Sequence record: PZ445443.1 | Length of the DNA stretch: 64,000 bases | From: a phage | Reading direction: 5' to 3' (one strand) | Shown: positions 38,905 to 47,759 of the stretch, piece after piece | How the letters are laid out: each line of letters starts with the position of its first letter | Position numbering within the stretch: position 1 is the first letter of the stretch | Position numbers and translations under genes: made by a program | The notes under the pieces: generated by a model | What the model was told of the DNA's origin: nothing | Seen by the model: only the letters and a program-made list of their open reading frames with translations | Databases searched by the model: none

Positions 38905-39128
38905 CGACTTTGGTTAAAGCTACCTTTGTAGAAGAAAAGATGACAGACCTGTCATTCTTTAAAGAAGGAAAGACCTACGAGGTTTATTACGATAAAGCTC
39001 GTGCAAACAAGATGATTAAAGACGAGGAAGGGATTGCCTGGTTTATCTCCCATCTGGCAAACGGTGAGTATCATATCTACGGAACCACCCTGCTTGCCAA
39101 GTTTGTAGCTGTTGAAGAGGACCTATGA
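38901..39128 (+). CDS. small paralog family protein (75 aa)
   Basis: FFKEGKTYEV...IKDEEGIAWFI; RBS AAGGAG; ATGA coupling. Confidence 0.55.
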   Translation: MTTLVKATFVEEKMTDLSFFKEGKTYEVYYDKARANKMIKDEEGIAWFISHLANGEYHIYGTTLLAKFVAVEEDL

Positions 39129-39319
39129 AAGTAAAGTATCTGGCTGAGGGCATGAGTAGGTATTTCACCCTTGGTGAAGAATATTGGCCCTTTACAAGCA
39201 ACGGCGATGTCTACGTGAAAGATAATTTCGGCACGCCGTGGTTTCTGCACTCTAATGGGCTGGGATACTCCATTTACTGCGGTGCAGTGAACAACACAAC
39301 TCTTGCAGAGTTCGTTTAG
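39125..39319 (+). CDS. small paralog family protein (64 aa)
   Basis: YFTLGEEYWPF...VKDNFGTPWFL; ATGA coupling. Confidence 0.55.
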   Translation: MKVKYLAEGMSRYFTLGEEYWPFTSNGDVYVKDNFGTPWFLHSNGLGYSIYCGAVNNTTLAEFV

Positions 39320-39329
39320 AGGAGGTAGG

Positions 39330-39701
39330 ATGTTAGTAAAAGGTACCCACACAGTCAAACAACGTATTGAAGTTGAGATTGATGATTGTGAGCTGAAGCA
39401 TATTTTACGGTCATGCTCCAACGTTTTGCTCCTTAGTATTCTTCAGGAGCGAGCGGAGAACGAGTTCTTAAATGCATTGGCAGGCCGTCCCGGTGACTTC
39501 TGTGTGCGTAAGCGTGGTGACAACAAGTCATGGTTGTGGGAAATCGATGCCGACTGGGATTACCACAAAAATGAGGGTATAGATGAGCCTATTCGTGAAC
39601 TGACTGACAAAGAGATTCAGATGTACAATGAAGTTTGTCATTGGGCAACACGCCAACAAATTTACCTAGACCCTGTGTGGCTGATTGAAAATAGCCATTG
39701 A
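39330..39701 (+). CDS. hypothetical protein (123 aa)
   Basis: ATG 39330 with GAGGAGG upstream. Confidence 0.5.
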   Translation: MLVKGTHTVKQRIEVEIDDCELKHILRSCSNVLLLSILQERAENEFLNALAGRPGDFCVRKRGDNKSWLWEIDADWDYHKNEGIDEPIRELTDKEIQMYNEVCHWATRQQIYLDPVWLIENSH

Positions 39702-39777
39702 CAAGAAGTAAGATTAGATATAAGATGCTTCGCACAAACAGAGTGTTGATTTTTAAATAACTAAGGAGACTGCTAAG

Positions 39778-40032
39778 ATGAAAATTACTTTGAAGTCAGA
39801 ATGCGTTGCAAATGACCGAGCTTTTAAAGATTGCACAGTCGGTGCAATTTATGAAGCAGAGTTTTGTGAGAACCCTCTGGTAAAAGCCCTCCTGGAAGAA
39901 GGGGCCCCTTTATCACAAGAAGAGATCGATGAGCTGGAAAACTCAGCACAGTGCCTTACCTTTAAAGATGATGAAGGAGACTCTGTATGGTGCACTGTTA
40001 ATGAAGTAGTTTTTGTAAAACCTGAACATTAA
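39778..40032 (+). CDS. small paralog family protein (84 aa)
   Basis: FKDCTVGAIYEAE...FKDDEGDSVWCTV; RBS AAGGAGA. Confidence 0.55.
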   Translation: MKITLKSECVANDRAFKDCTVGAIYEAEFCENPLVKALLEEGAPLSQEEIDELENSAQCLTFKDDEGDSVWCTVNEVVFVKPEH

Positions 40033-40035
40033 TAC

Positions 40036-40064
40036 TTGACAACAGTGATGGGGCCTAATATAAT
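40036..40064 (+). promoter_or_regulatory. sigma70-type promoter with -10 flanked by GGGCC/GGCCC inverted repeat
   Basis: TTGACA (40036-40041), 17-nt spacer, TATAAT (40059-40064); inverted repeat GGGCC...GGCCC brackets the -10. Confidence 0.5.
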
Positions 40065-40095
40065 GGCCCTATCAAAACGAAAGGGGACCACAGCA

Positions 40096-40356
40096 ATGAC
40101 CAAACAATACCAACGAATTAAAGCCAAGGTTAAGCCAGACTATCTGGAGAAAGACTTTGCTTTTCGGGACTGCACAGCCGACAAAGTTTACACAGGGGCT
40201 GTCCTGTTGAACGATAAACTTGAAGTAGATGTGCTGGGTAAAGAGGCCGTTATCGAGGATGACAACGGTGACTGTGTTTTCTGCACCACACGGGAGCTAG
40301 AAGTCTTAGAATACTTCGGTGAAATCTTCAACTCTTTAGACGACGAGGAAGCGTGA
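40096..40356 (+). CDS. small paralog family protein (86 aa)
   Basis: FRDCTADKVYTGA...EDDNGDCVFCTT parallels ORF 39778..40032; ATG 40096 downstream of promoter (track start 40036 lies in promoter). Confidence 0.5.
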   Translation: MTKQYQRIKAKVKPDYLEKDFAFRDCTADKVYTGAVLLNDKLEVDVLGKEAVIEDDNGDCVFCTTRELEVLEYFGEIFNSLDDEEA

Positions 40357-40745
40357 TGAAAAATATTTGGGATATTGATATCTTTGAAGCCTCTAAGCTT
40401 GACGGTGCTGATGGAGTTATTATGGTGTCTGATGGCAAGGCAACACTAACTTCCGGAGATATCATCTATGCCTTGGACGAGCTGGCGCTTCTGAAATCTA
40501 CCGGTAACACTTTAGAGGAGCGTCTTCAAGGCTTCGCCTTCAAAGAAGGCACAAATACAGCCATGATGTGCACCACACGGACAGTTCAGGTGGGTAACGG
40601 TGTCTATATGATCATTGCTGTGTGTCCTAAATTCAGCAACGTCAACAAAGATGATGCTGACGCTGTCAACGATGTGGTTGTTCTCTTCGTGGGTGACGCT
40701 ATGGCAGACCTGATGAATGCAGGAGAAGCGGCAAATGAAGACTGA
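40353..40745 (+). CDS. hypothetical protein (130 aa)
   Basis: ORF track; ATGA coupling. Confidence 0.5.
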   Translation: MMKNIWDIDIFEASKLDGADGVIMVSDGKATLTSGDIIYALDELALLKSTGNTLEERLQGFAFKEGTNTAMMCTTRTVQVGNGVYMIIAVCPKFSNVNKDDADAVNDVVVLFVGDAMADLMNAGEAANED

Positions 40746-41037
40746 AAACATTACCCCAGCAGGGTTCTTAAAAGTATACCGTGAACTGCTATATACTACA
40801 GAGGACAGTGTTCTAGAGTATCCAGAATATCTTTTGCTGTATAAGTATCTACAGGAAGCTGGTGAAAATCTGCCAGTTAGTGCAGAAGGCGGTCCGAACT
40901 GGGTATACAGCGCATGGAGAAAGGTTGACATTCTCCCAGATCCAGGTAAAGATATGGTAGTTTGGCAGCTTATCAACAACATCGGGATTCCAATCTTTGA
41001 TGAAGCTGTTAAAATCTATTTTGAACTTGACGATTAA
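40735..41037 (+). CDS. hypothetical protein (100 aa)
   Basis: ATG 40735 with AGGAGAA upstream, overlapping upstream stop. Confidence 0.45.
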   Translation: MKTENITPAGFLKVYRELLYTTEDSVLEYPEYLLLYKYLQEAGENLPVSAEGGPNWVYSAWRKVDILPDPGKDMVVWQLINNIGIPIFDEAVKIYFELDD

Positions 41038-41054
41038 TATCAGGAGACCTTAAG

Positions 41055-41300
41055 ATGACTGAAGTAGTTGCTCGCGCAGGACAGAAAGTACGTTGTGTTG
41101 AAGTAGGTTTTGGTGGCAAAGGGTGTCAAAACTTGACTCAAGGTAAGGAATACGCTGTTATTTCTGGTGGTGGCGACGAAAGTATTGTGTTCGAGGGCCA
41201 CATCCTGGATGCTGAAAACTTTGAAATCTTTGACGACGATGGGGATCCAATCACCTGCCTGCTGGACGGGAATTGGGGAACTTTCGAAGTGATTGGCTAA
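41055..41300 (+). CDS. small paralog family protein (81 aa)
   Basis: GKEYAV...FDDDGDPITCLL; RBS AGGAGA. Confidence 0.55.
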   Translation: MTEVVARAGQKVRCVEVGFGGKGCQNLTQGKEYAVISGGGDESIVFEGHILDAENFEIFDDDGDPITCLLDGNWGTFEVIG

Positions 41301-41383
41301 CAAATACCTATTGTAATTTGCAGAAGGGGATGCTAAAATAGTGTCTCCTTCTATGTTGTTCAAATAAAATCGGAGATTCCATA

Positions 41384-41749
41384 ATGGAACAAATGAACGA
41401 TCAAGCGTCGGTTGCGATGAACGAGCAAGAACAACCTCAAGAATTTTTCTTAGGGTTAAGTAAAGATCAAGTGTCTCTTCTACTAGTGCTTTCTTCTTTC
41501 ATGGGAAGACTTCAGGAGCTCACACAACAACCAGAGGCTGAACAATTATTTCAAGCTCTGCGTGAAGAAGAAAAATATCGTCGTTTGGACTATGCCTTAG
41601 GTTGGGTAGCTCAACAACGAGATATGCTGATGGCCCTCTCTGGGACCACAAGTTTTGCAATGGGGCTGTTGGCTCAAGTTCAGGACAAATTAATTCAAGC
41701 AGGGTTTGCACACACGGCAAACACTAACGAAGAACAAGGAGACAAATAA
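41384..41749 (+). CDS. hypothetical protein (121 aa)
   Basis: ORF track; RBS GGAGA. Confidence 0.5.
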   Translation: MEQMNDQASVAMNEQEQPQEFFLGLSKDQVSLLLVLSSFMGRLQELTQQPEAEQLFQALREEEKYRRLDYALGWVAQQRDMLMALSGTTSFAMGLLAQVQDKLIQAGFAHTANTNEEQGDK

Positions 41750-43020
41750 TGAGCGTTATTCAACAATTCGCTAACCCGATGAATCCGCGTGAAACTGTTT
41801 TACTGGCTCACGGCATGATTAAACGTGTCAGCATCAAGCCTATCAAAGGTGCTGATCCTACAACAGGTATTAAAACCACTGTGTGGCAAGGTAAGAAAAT
41901 TGAATCCAGCCACACCATCTCTTTACTGATTTCTGAACTGGATTCCTCTGATAACCTGCTTCAAGGTGGTGAAGAAGTCTGGATCAGTATGGGTGATAAA
42001 CTGCTTAAACCGGGTCATCAAGACTCTGTCTCTGTTAAAATTGATGACAAGTGGGAAACCGTAACACCGGGATGGATCGTAAATATCCCTTTGAAGGCAA
42101 ACGAGCATAACGGTAAGACCTATTACAAAGGCTCACTGGCTAAGATGGTCAAGCTGGGTGCAGGAGAGGCTCCAGCAGCGACTCAGCAGCAAAAACAGCA
42201 ACAAGGTGCACAATCACAAGGCCAGAAGCAGAAACCTCAGCAGAATGCCAATCAGGACGTTTTACGCATCTATGGTGATGTGACTCAGATTGTTGGCAAC
42301 GTGGTTACTGTTAATGACCACAAGATTGGCGAAGGTGCTATGGTTGTCACTGATGAGCAGCTTAAAGACCTGGTGGTAGGTGGTCGTGTTGCAGCCATTG
42401 TTGACAAAGACACCGGAAACATTATCAGTGGTTTCAAAGCCTATCCACCTAAGGCAGAGAACGGCACCCAAGGCTCTGGTGGCAAGCGTAAATCCTCTTA
42501 CGACCCTATTGGTGTGGAGACGGGACATAGCATCAATGCGTTGCAAATCATCCTAGATCGCGGGTTTAAGGTGGACGACCCACTAAGCGTGGCTAAAACA
42601 CTGCACGTAGTCACCATTGAGCTTAAGAAAGAGTATGCTCAAGCCACCAACCGAACTGAAGATGAAGTAGGTGCCAGTGTCGGTAATGCGGTGTTGAACG
42701 CTTGTCGCCGTATTGACAAGAAAACGAAAGTTGATGATTTTGCAGCGGCAATTACTGCAGAAGCAAAAGATGTCTTGACTAATCTGGCTGAGCCGTTGTA
42801 CGATTGGATCAAGAACGGTGCTGGGTCCACTGACCATCAAGAACCTCAAGCTGCCAAACAGGAAGCTGCTTCACAGCAAAATACTGTAGACGCTCCTCCT
42901 GTAAATGACGAGGAAGATGACCCGATGGGTCAGAATCCGGCGCAGTATGACTTCTGTGATGACATACCTTTCGCTCCGGTAGGTTTGCAATATGGCAAAA
43001 GTAGAATCCACGCATTGTAA
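41749..43020 (+). CDS. putative ssDNA-binding/replication protein with SSB-like acidic DDIPF motif near C-terminus
   Basis: 423 aa; Gln-rich linker; ...DFCDDIPF resembles the E. coli SSB C-terminal tip but is followed by 15 more residues; in replication module. Confidence 0.4.
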   Translation: MSVIQQFANPMNPRETVLLAHGMIKRVSIKPIKGADPTTGIKTTVWQGKKIESSHTISLLISELDSSDNLLQGGEEVWISMGDKLLKPGHQDSVSVKIDDKWETVTPGWIVNIPLKANEHNGKTYYKGSLAKMVKLGAGEAPAATQQQKQQQGAQSQGQKQKPQQNANQDVLRIYGDVTQIVGNVVTVNDHKIGEGAMVVTDEQLKDLVVGGRVAAIVDKDTGNIISGFKAYPPKAENGTQGSGGKRKSSYDPIGVETGHSINALQIILDRGFKVDDPLSVAKTLHVVTIELKKEYAQATNRTEDEVGASVGNAVLNACRRIDKKTKVDDFAAAITAEAKDVLTNLAEPLYDWIKNGAGSTDHQEPQAAKQEAASQQNTVDAPPVNDEEDDPMGQNPAQYDFCDDIPFAPVGLQYGKSRIHAL

Positions 43021-43615
43021 GAGGTGCATCAAGTGCGGAGAGGTGAAAGACCTCTCCGAGTTCTACAAACACCAAAAGATGTCTGACGGTCATCTTAATA
43101 AGTGCAAAGAGTGTTGCAAGAAGGCCAGTAGGGAGGCTGACCAATTTTCCTACGACTCTTCAGAAAAAGGTGTAATACGCGTGCTGTACAAGGCTCAAAA
43201 GTGCAACAGCAAGCAAAGAGGTCACCCGCCTCCGACTTACACCAAAAAAGAGTTTAAGGAGTGGCTATACCTAAACGGTTACAAAGAGTTGTATGATCAA
43301 TGGGTAGCCAGCGGATACGACAAAAGGAAAAAGCCTTCTTGTGACAGGATAGATGATTTCAAAGGGTACTCTTTTGATAATATCCGTTTAACGACTTGGG
43401 GAGAAAATAAAGACAAGCAGACAGAGGATATTCTGTTGCATAGAAGCACCAGCGGTAGACGGTGTAAAAATGTAAGGAGGCTGGACATGAATGGCAACGT
43501 TCTTAAAGAATGGGTGTCCCACAACTCTTGTAGAAGAGAAACCGGAATATGTGTTGATTACTACATTCATGAAAAAATTCCAGCCCCAGATGGATACCTC
43601 TATGAATACTTTTAG
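42992..43615 (+). CDS. HNH-like (homing-type) endonuclease
   Basis: N-terminal Cys/His cluster CKRCIKCGE...KH...[10 protein letters not shown]; basic C-terminal region; overlaps 3' end of upstream gene. Confidence 0.45.
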   Translation: MAKVESTHCKRCIKCGEVKDLSEFYKHQKMSDGHLNKCKECCKKASREADQFSYDSSEKGVIRVLYKAQKCNSKQRGHPPPTYTKKEFKEWLYLNGYKELYDQWVASGYDKRKKPSCDRIDDFKGYSFDNIRLTTWGENKDKQTEDILLHRSTSGRRCKNVRRLDMNGNVLKEWVSHNSCRRETGICVDYYIHEKIPAPDGYLYEYF

Positions 43616-43630
43616 CACCTAACTAACATA

Positions 43631-43659
43631 GCCCTGCCCGAAAGGGTGGGGCATTTTTG
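43631..43659 (+). terminator. rho-independent terminator (copy 2 of repeated hairpin)
   Basis: GCCCTGCCC-GAAA-GGGTGGGGC then ATTTTTGT; matches hairpin at 32857. Confidence 0.65.
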
Positions 43660-43677
43660 TATAAGGAGATCTGAAAA

Positions 43678-44094
43678 ATGACATTAGAAGATATCATTGT
43701 TAAGCCTGAGAACTATGACCAATACAACCTGTCAACTCAATCTGTAGACCTTGGATGCGCCACGGTCAGTGCGTGGCTGGTTAACGGAAAAGAGCTGGAT
43801 AAATGCTTAGAAGCTCACATGTCTATTAACAAGTTTCTGGATGAAAATACTCACTGGCTTGATGGTGCAGGCGTATATGCTTCATGGTTGGAGAGTATGG
43901 GATTCGACTACCAATCTGAAGAGGGGTGGTGGAGCTATTTAGCTATCTGTCCAGAGACGCTACAATGCTTCATGAAATATTCTGAAGATTTGGAGTACCG
44001 GGCGGTGGTTGATAGTGCTATTGCCCGTTATAGCCGTAAACCTTTTTCCCACGACATTAAAACTGTGGAAGAATTTGTTGAAGTTTTCTGTTGA
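43678..44094 (+). CDS. hypothetical protein (138 aa)
   Basis: ORF track; RBS AAGGAGA. Confidence 0.5.
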   Translation: MTLEDIIVKPENYDQYNLSTQSVDLGCATVSAWLVNGKELDKCLEAHMSINKFLDENTHWLDGAGVYASWLESMGFDYQSEEGWWSYLAICPETLQCFMKYSEDLEYRAVVDSAIARYSRKPFSHDIKTVEEFVEVFC

Positions 44095-44190
44095 CATAGA
44101 TTGAAAGGTGTGCAATTATAACTTCATAGAACGGGAGGACGTGATGAACGAAGAAAACTGGGATGTATAACTAACAGGAGGCCACTGCCC

Positions 44191-44388
44191 ATGATTTATC
44201 GAATCCGTGTAAGAGAAGATGCACCAGGCTGTTACTTTGACTGGCGTGGGTGGTGGTTTCTCCACCCAATGGATGGACTCACAGATAGAATGCTGGATGC
44301 TGCCCTTTACACAGATACCGACATAGAATATAATCTCTATCTGAAGGACGGTATAGATAACGGCCTGTTTGAAGCAATTCCTGCGTAA
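44191..44388 (+). CDS. hypothetical protein (65 aa)
   Basis: ORF track; RBS AGGAGG. Confidence 0.45.
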   Translation: MIYRIRVREDAPGCYFDWRGWWFLHPMDGLTDRMLDAALYTDTDIEYNLYLKDGIDNGLFEAIPA

Positions 44389-44456
44389 GAGACTGTGATA
44401 GCTATGTTTTATGATCTTCCTGTAGCGCCACCACCTGTTGAACCCGGAGAACTAAG

Positions 44457-44882
44457 ATGATCTATGAAATGCCAAAACTGATTCGTGACGATGCCCAAAA
44501 CGCTCACACCATTATTATGGGCAAACGCATGGATATTATTTGTCATAAAGATTTCTGGGAAGGAAGTTACTTCACAGAGTATTTTGGTAAACTGGACAAT
44601 GGTCTGCTGATCCAGTTCTACACCGATGCGGAAAACAACATTACCTGGGAGTTCGAAACTGAAGATGTCCATAAACTTTTCACCTTCCTCGGTATTAAGG
44701 TTAAGGCCAAGTTTGAAGAAGGTGAGTGCGACGATTGTGGATTTTATGAGGTAACAGATTTCTACCTTCCTAGCGGTAAGAACCTTTACTATGAAAGCCA
44801 CTTCGGTAACTCCAATATGCCACAGTGCTGGACTGAGTTTTTTGAAATTGCGGAAGAGGAGCTGGCTTACCGTGATTATTGA
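44457..44882 (+). CDS. hypothetical protein (141 aa)
   Basis: ORF track; RBS GGAGAA. Confidence 0.5.
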   Translation: MIYEMPKLIRDDAQNAHTIIMGKRMDIICHKDFWEGSYFTEYFGKLDNGLLIQFYTDAENNITWEFETEDVHKLFTFLGIKVKAKFEEGECDDCGFYEVTDFYLPSGKNLYYESHFGNSNMPQCWTEFFEIAEEELAYRDY

Positions 44883-45330
44883 TACTGTGGAGGGAGATTT
44901 AATCTCCCTTTTTAAGATCGGTGCTGGTCACCTGATCCACGGTTGTAACTGCTTCCACACAATGGGCAAGGGTATAGCAAAACAGATTGCCCGTGAGTTT
45001 CCTCAAGCACTGTCAGCCGACAAAGAGACTAGATACGGTTGCCTAAGTAAACTGGGTGCGTTCTCCCGATGGGAGCACTTATCTCCGATAGGTATTGTCT
45101 ACGGAATCAATCTATATACCCAGTTCTACCCAGGACCTAATGCTGAGTATTTCTCAATCCTGAAAGGCTTTGAGCTAGTCAATGAAGTATTCAGCGGATC
45201 GACTTTACCATTCTACATCCCTAAGATCGGGTGCGGCATAGGCGGTTTGAAGTGGGAACACGTAGAGGACGTTATCAACCTTGCCACTTTCGACATAGAT
45301 ATTGTCGTGGTGGAGTACAAAAAGTGTTGA
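44872..45330 (+). CDS. macro-domain protein (ADP-ribose binding/processing)
   Basis: HGCNCFHTMGKGIA and IPKIGCGIGGL resemble macro-domain glycine-rich motifs; GTG 44872 with GAGGAG upstream (track start 44791 overlaps upstream gene). Confidence 0.55.
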   Translation: MIIDTVEGDLISLFKIGAGHLIHGCNCFHTMGKGIAKQIAREFPQALSADKETRYGCLSKLGAFSRWEHLSPIGIVYGINLYTQFYPGPNAEYFSILKGFELVNEVFSGSTLPFYIPKIGCGIGGLKWEHVEDVINLATFDIDIVVVEYKKC

Positions 45331-45384
45331 CGACCATCTTCTGAGGTGATATAGTTTCCACGACAACTAAGAGAGGAGAGCACT

Positions 45385-45555
45385 GTGGAGACTAAAATCT
45401 TAATTCTTGCTGTGGTAGATACAACCGAAGGAGCTATATTCGAATCTGCAGGAGGGTATTTCTACCTACCATACGGAAAAAGAACTTCCGAGCCAAGTAA
45501 AGATTCAATCCTCAAAGTGTTCCCGTGTGCTTTCTGGCTGGAGATTTTGGTATAA
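45385..45555 (+). CDS. hypothetical small protein (56 aa, below ORF-track cutoff)
   Basis: GTG with strong AGAGAGGAGAG upstream; fills a 250-nt gap. Confidence 0.3.
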   Translation: METKILILAVVDTTEGAIFESAGGYFYLPYGKRTSEPSKDSILKVFPCAFWLEILV

Positions 45556-45581
45556 GATTGCAGAGGATTTGGGAGAGAATT

Positions 45582-45776
45582 ATGAGAAACAAGAAAGAAC
45601 TTTACTCTGGTGAGTGGATCAACGATCAACAGGTGGGAGAGGTAACCTGCTTCCGATGTTTTACCAGGTACAATCTTAAAACTGCACCAAAAAGTGTTCC
45701 AAAGACTGACGGTTACTACATAAAAGAACCTCATTGCCCAAAATGTAAATGCCGATTGTACTGGAGCAATCTGTAA
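45582..45776 (+). CDS. small zinc-ribbon protein (64 aa)
   Basis: CFRC...CPKCKC cysteine pairs; ATG 45582 with GGGAGAG upstream. Confidence 0.45.
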   Translation: MRNKKELYSGEWINDQQVGEVTCFRCFTRYNLKTAPKSVPKTDGYYIKEPHCPKCKCRLYWSNL

Positions 45777-45780
45777 GAGG

Positions 45781-45808
45781 TTGACATCTGAAAACTGCAG
45801 TGTATAAT
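45781..45808 (+). promoter_or_regulatory. sigma70-type promoter
   Basis: TTGACA (45781-45786), 16-nt spacer, TATAAT (45803-45808). Confidence 0.6.
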
Positions 45809-45839
45809 ATACGCATAAACTAACAGAGGGCGATGTATT

Positions 45840-46031
45840 ATGGTAATTTTTAACCGGGATGGTATCATAGTTAGACAGCACCCGTTCCTTGAATACTATC
45901 AAATTGAGCAATGGTGCTACGGGGATTGCAGTCACTCCTATGGGCAAAGTTGGGGATATCGTACAGTTTTTGAATCCACAGACCTTGACAAAGTAAAACA
46001 GAAAGTTTTAGAACTTCTTAACAACAAGTGA
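45840..46031 (+). CDS. hypothetical protein (63 aa)
   Basis: ORF track; 30 nt downstream of promoter. Confidence 0.5.
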   Translation: MVIFNRDGIIVRQHPFLEYYQIEQWCYGDCSHSYGQSWGYRTVFESTDLDKVKQKVLELLNNK

Positions 46032-46041
46032 GTATCGTGCC

Positions 46042-46374
46042 ATGGTAACATTGGAAAGACGTAAAGCTATTGCCGCCACACTGGCAGACATCTTTTGGGA
46101 TTGTAATTTAAAATCTACCCGAAATTGTGGTGCATCTGTAGATGTATTATTCCCACGGCCTACTATTGTTGCAATGGGCAACCTGCTCGATGTGGTATAT
46201 GGAGCATGGGACAAGGAAGGTGGATTCTATATCTGGCAACCTGACTACGGGACTTGGAAAGAGGTTAGTGGTTCTTCGGACTTCACTCCTGCAGTGGCTA
46301 AAATGGATGGCTGGAAAATCTATGTCGGTAACGACATGGAACTGAAAGGCGAAATTGTTTACTGGTTACCTTAA
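46042..46374 (+). CDS. hypothetical protein (110 aa)
   Basis: ORF track. Confidence 0.5.
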   Translation: MVTLERRKAIAATLADIFWDCNLKSTRNCGASVDVLFPRPTIVAMGNLLDVVYGAWDKEGGFYIWQPDYGTWKEVSGSSDFTPAVAKMDGWKIYVGNDMELKGEIVYWLP

Positions 46375-46395
46375 GAAAGTCCAGGAGATAAAGTT

Positions 46396-46641
46396 ATGAA
46401 CAAAGGGTGGACATTTGTAGACGGCGTTAAAAACATGCCTCTAGGAAAGTATATTGTAGCCATGGCAGATGAGAATGGCAAGGTGGATTTCGGAGTTTGC
46501 GAGGTTGTTCTTGCAGGATCTGGTGACTATGCTCACAAAACTGGGATAATTAACGGTCATTTCTACTTTGATTACAACCCTGTTGTGGCGTATATGGCTA
46601 TGCCAGAGTTAGAGCTCCCAAAGGAGGGTGCAGATGTTTAA
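46396..46641 (+). CDS. hypothetical small protein (81 aa)
   Basis: ORF track; RBS AGGAGA. Confidence 0.5.
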   Translation: MNKGWTFVDGVKNMPLGKYIVAMADENGKVDFGVCEVVLAGSGDYAHKTGIINGHFYFDYNPVVAYMAMPELELPKEGADV

Positions 46642-46831
46642 GCTTAAATCTGCATGGAACATCGCTGTAGGGGACGAGATCCGCATCCCAGGTGGAAAGA
46701 CCATTATGAAGATATCACGTATCGAGTATGAAGGTGATCGTGTATTTCATATCTTTGCAGAAGATGGTCGAGAAATTTATATACAGGCAGGCTCTCACAT
46801 CTATATCCGTAAGAAAGGGGACGACAAATGA
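46634..46831 (+). CDS. hypothetical small protein (65 aa)
   Basis: ATG 46634 with AAGGAGGG 5 nt upstream. Confidence 0.5.
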   Translation: MFKLKSAWNIAVGDEIRIPGGKTIMKISRIEYEGDRVFHIFAEDGREIYIQAGSHIYIRKKGDDK

Positions 46832-47160
46832 CAGAGATCATCGTTTCAACTGCAGGGTATGTATTCCTGACAATCATTGCGCTGGCTATTCTGGTGGCGG
46901 TGTATGGATTTGTTATCCTGCCTATTCTTGAGACATTTAGTTTGTGTCGGTGTTGGAGAAAAGCTTACGGACCACAACCGTGGAAAGACTGGTTCCATTT
47001 GGTGCGTATAGCGTTCTCTTATGCCTATGACCACTCCAGCAGTGCATGCGTAACCGGGTACCATGCCTACAACTGGAACTGGGAAGGTGTGGGAAGGTGG
47101 ACTGTTACAAAAACTATACCCTTGCGTTTATATAAAGGAAAGAACAAACTGGGCACCTGA
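46828..47160 (+). CDS. predicted membrane protein (110 aa)
   Basis: ORF track; hydrophobic segment VFLTIIALAILVAVYGFVILPIL; ATGA coupling. Confidence 0.5.
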   Translation: MTEIIVSTAGYVFLTIIALAILVAVYGFVILPILETFSLCRCWRKAYGPQPWKDWFHLVRIAFSYAYDHSSSACVTGYHAYNWNWEGVGRWTVTKTIPLRLYKGKNKLGT

Positions 47161-47164
47161 TATT

Positions 47165-47700
47165 TTTAAATTGCCAAGTTGCCAGAAATCAGGAGAATTT
47201 CTAAAATGGATTTTCTCCTGATATTTTGAACACATAGATATTTTAAAATTCTTAGAAAATCAGAAAATGGATCGAAAACTAAAATGGATTTTTTCAACAC
47301 AGGCGCGGAAAATTGTGCCAATCTATCTAGCCGTTTGCACCATATTCGAGATCACCGTTCCAGATTTCCTACACATACACACCTCTCCACCATACCTTTC
47401 TCCACTCACTCTTAGTGATTTATGACGGAAAACCCATCACTATCTTGAAGTTGCGGTGCAGTTTTCCAAGTACTCGATCTGTTTTTCGTTTCAAAGATTG
47501 AATTTTCTGAAAATTTTTCTCGATAAATTTCTCAGTACTCGATCTGTTTTTCGTTTTCTGAATCGGATTTTCTGGAAATCGTTCCGGCTCTCGACCTGAA
47601 ATTTTTGGGGACGAAATCGATTTTTCGTTTTCAGAAATGGATTTTTAAAATTTCTATATAGGAATATTTTAGTGGATACTATTTTATAGGAAATTGTTAC
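47165..47700. repeat. AT-rich non-coding region with inverted and direct repeats (origin-like)
   Basis: Inverted repeat TCAGGAGAA/TTCTCCTGA (47189-47221); 23-bp direct repeat AGTACTCGATCTGTTTTTCGTTT at 47469 and 47534; recurring AAAATGGAT and TTTCGTTTTC motifs; no ORF. Confidence 0.45.
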
Positions 47701-47759
47701 GGAGGGTAATTAGCGTGCTAATTAAATTTATTAAATGTGAGGAGTTCTCATTTAGAATT

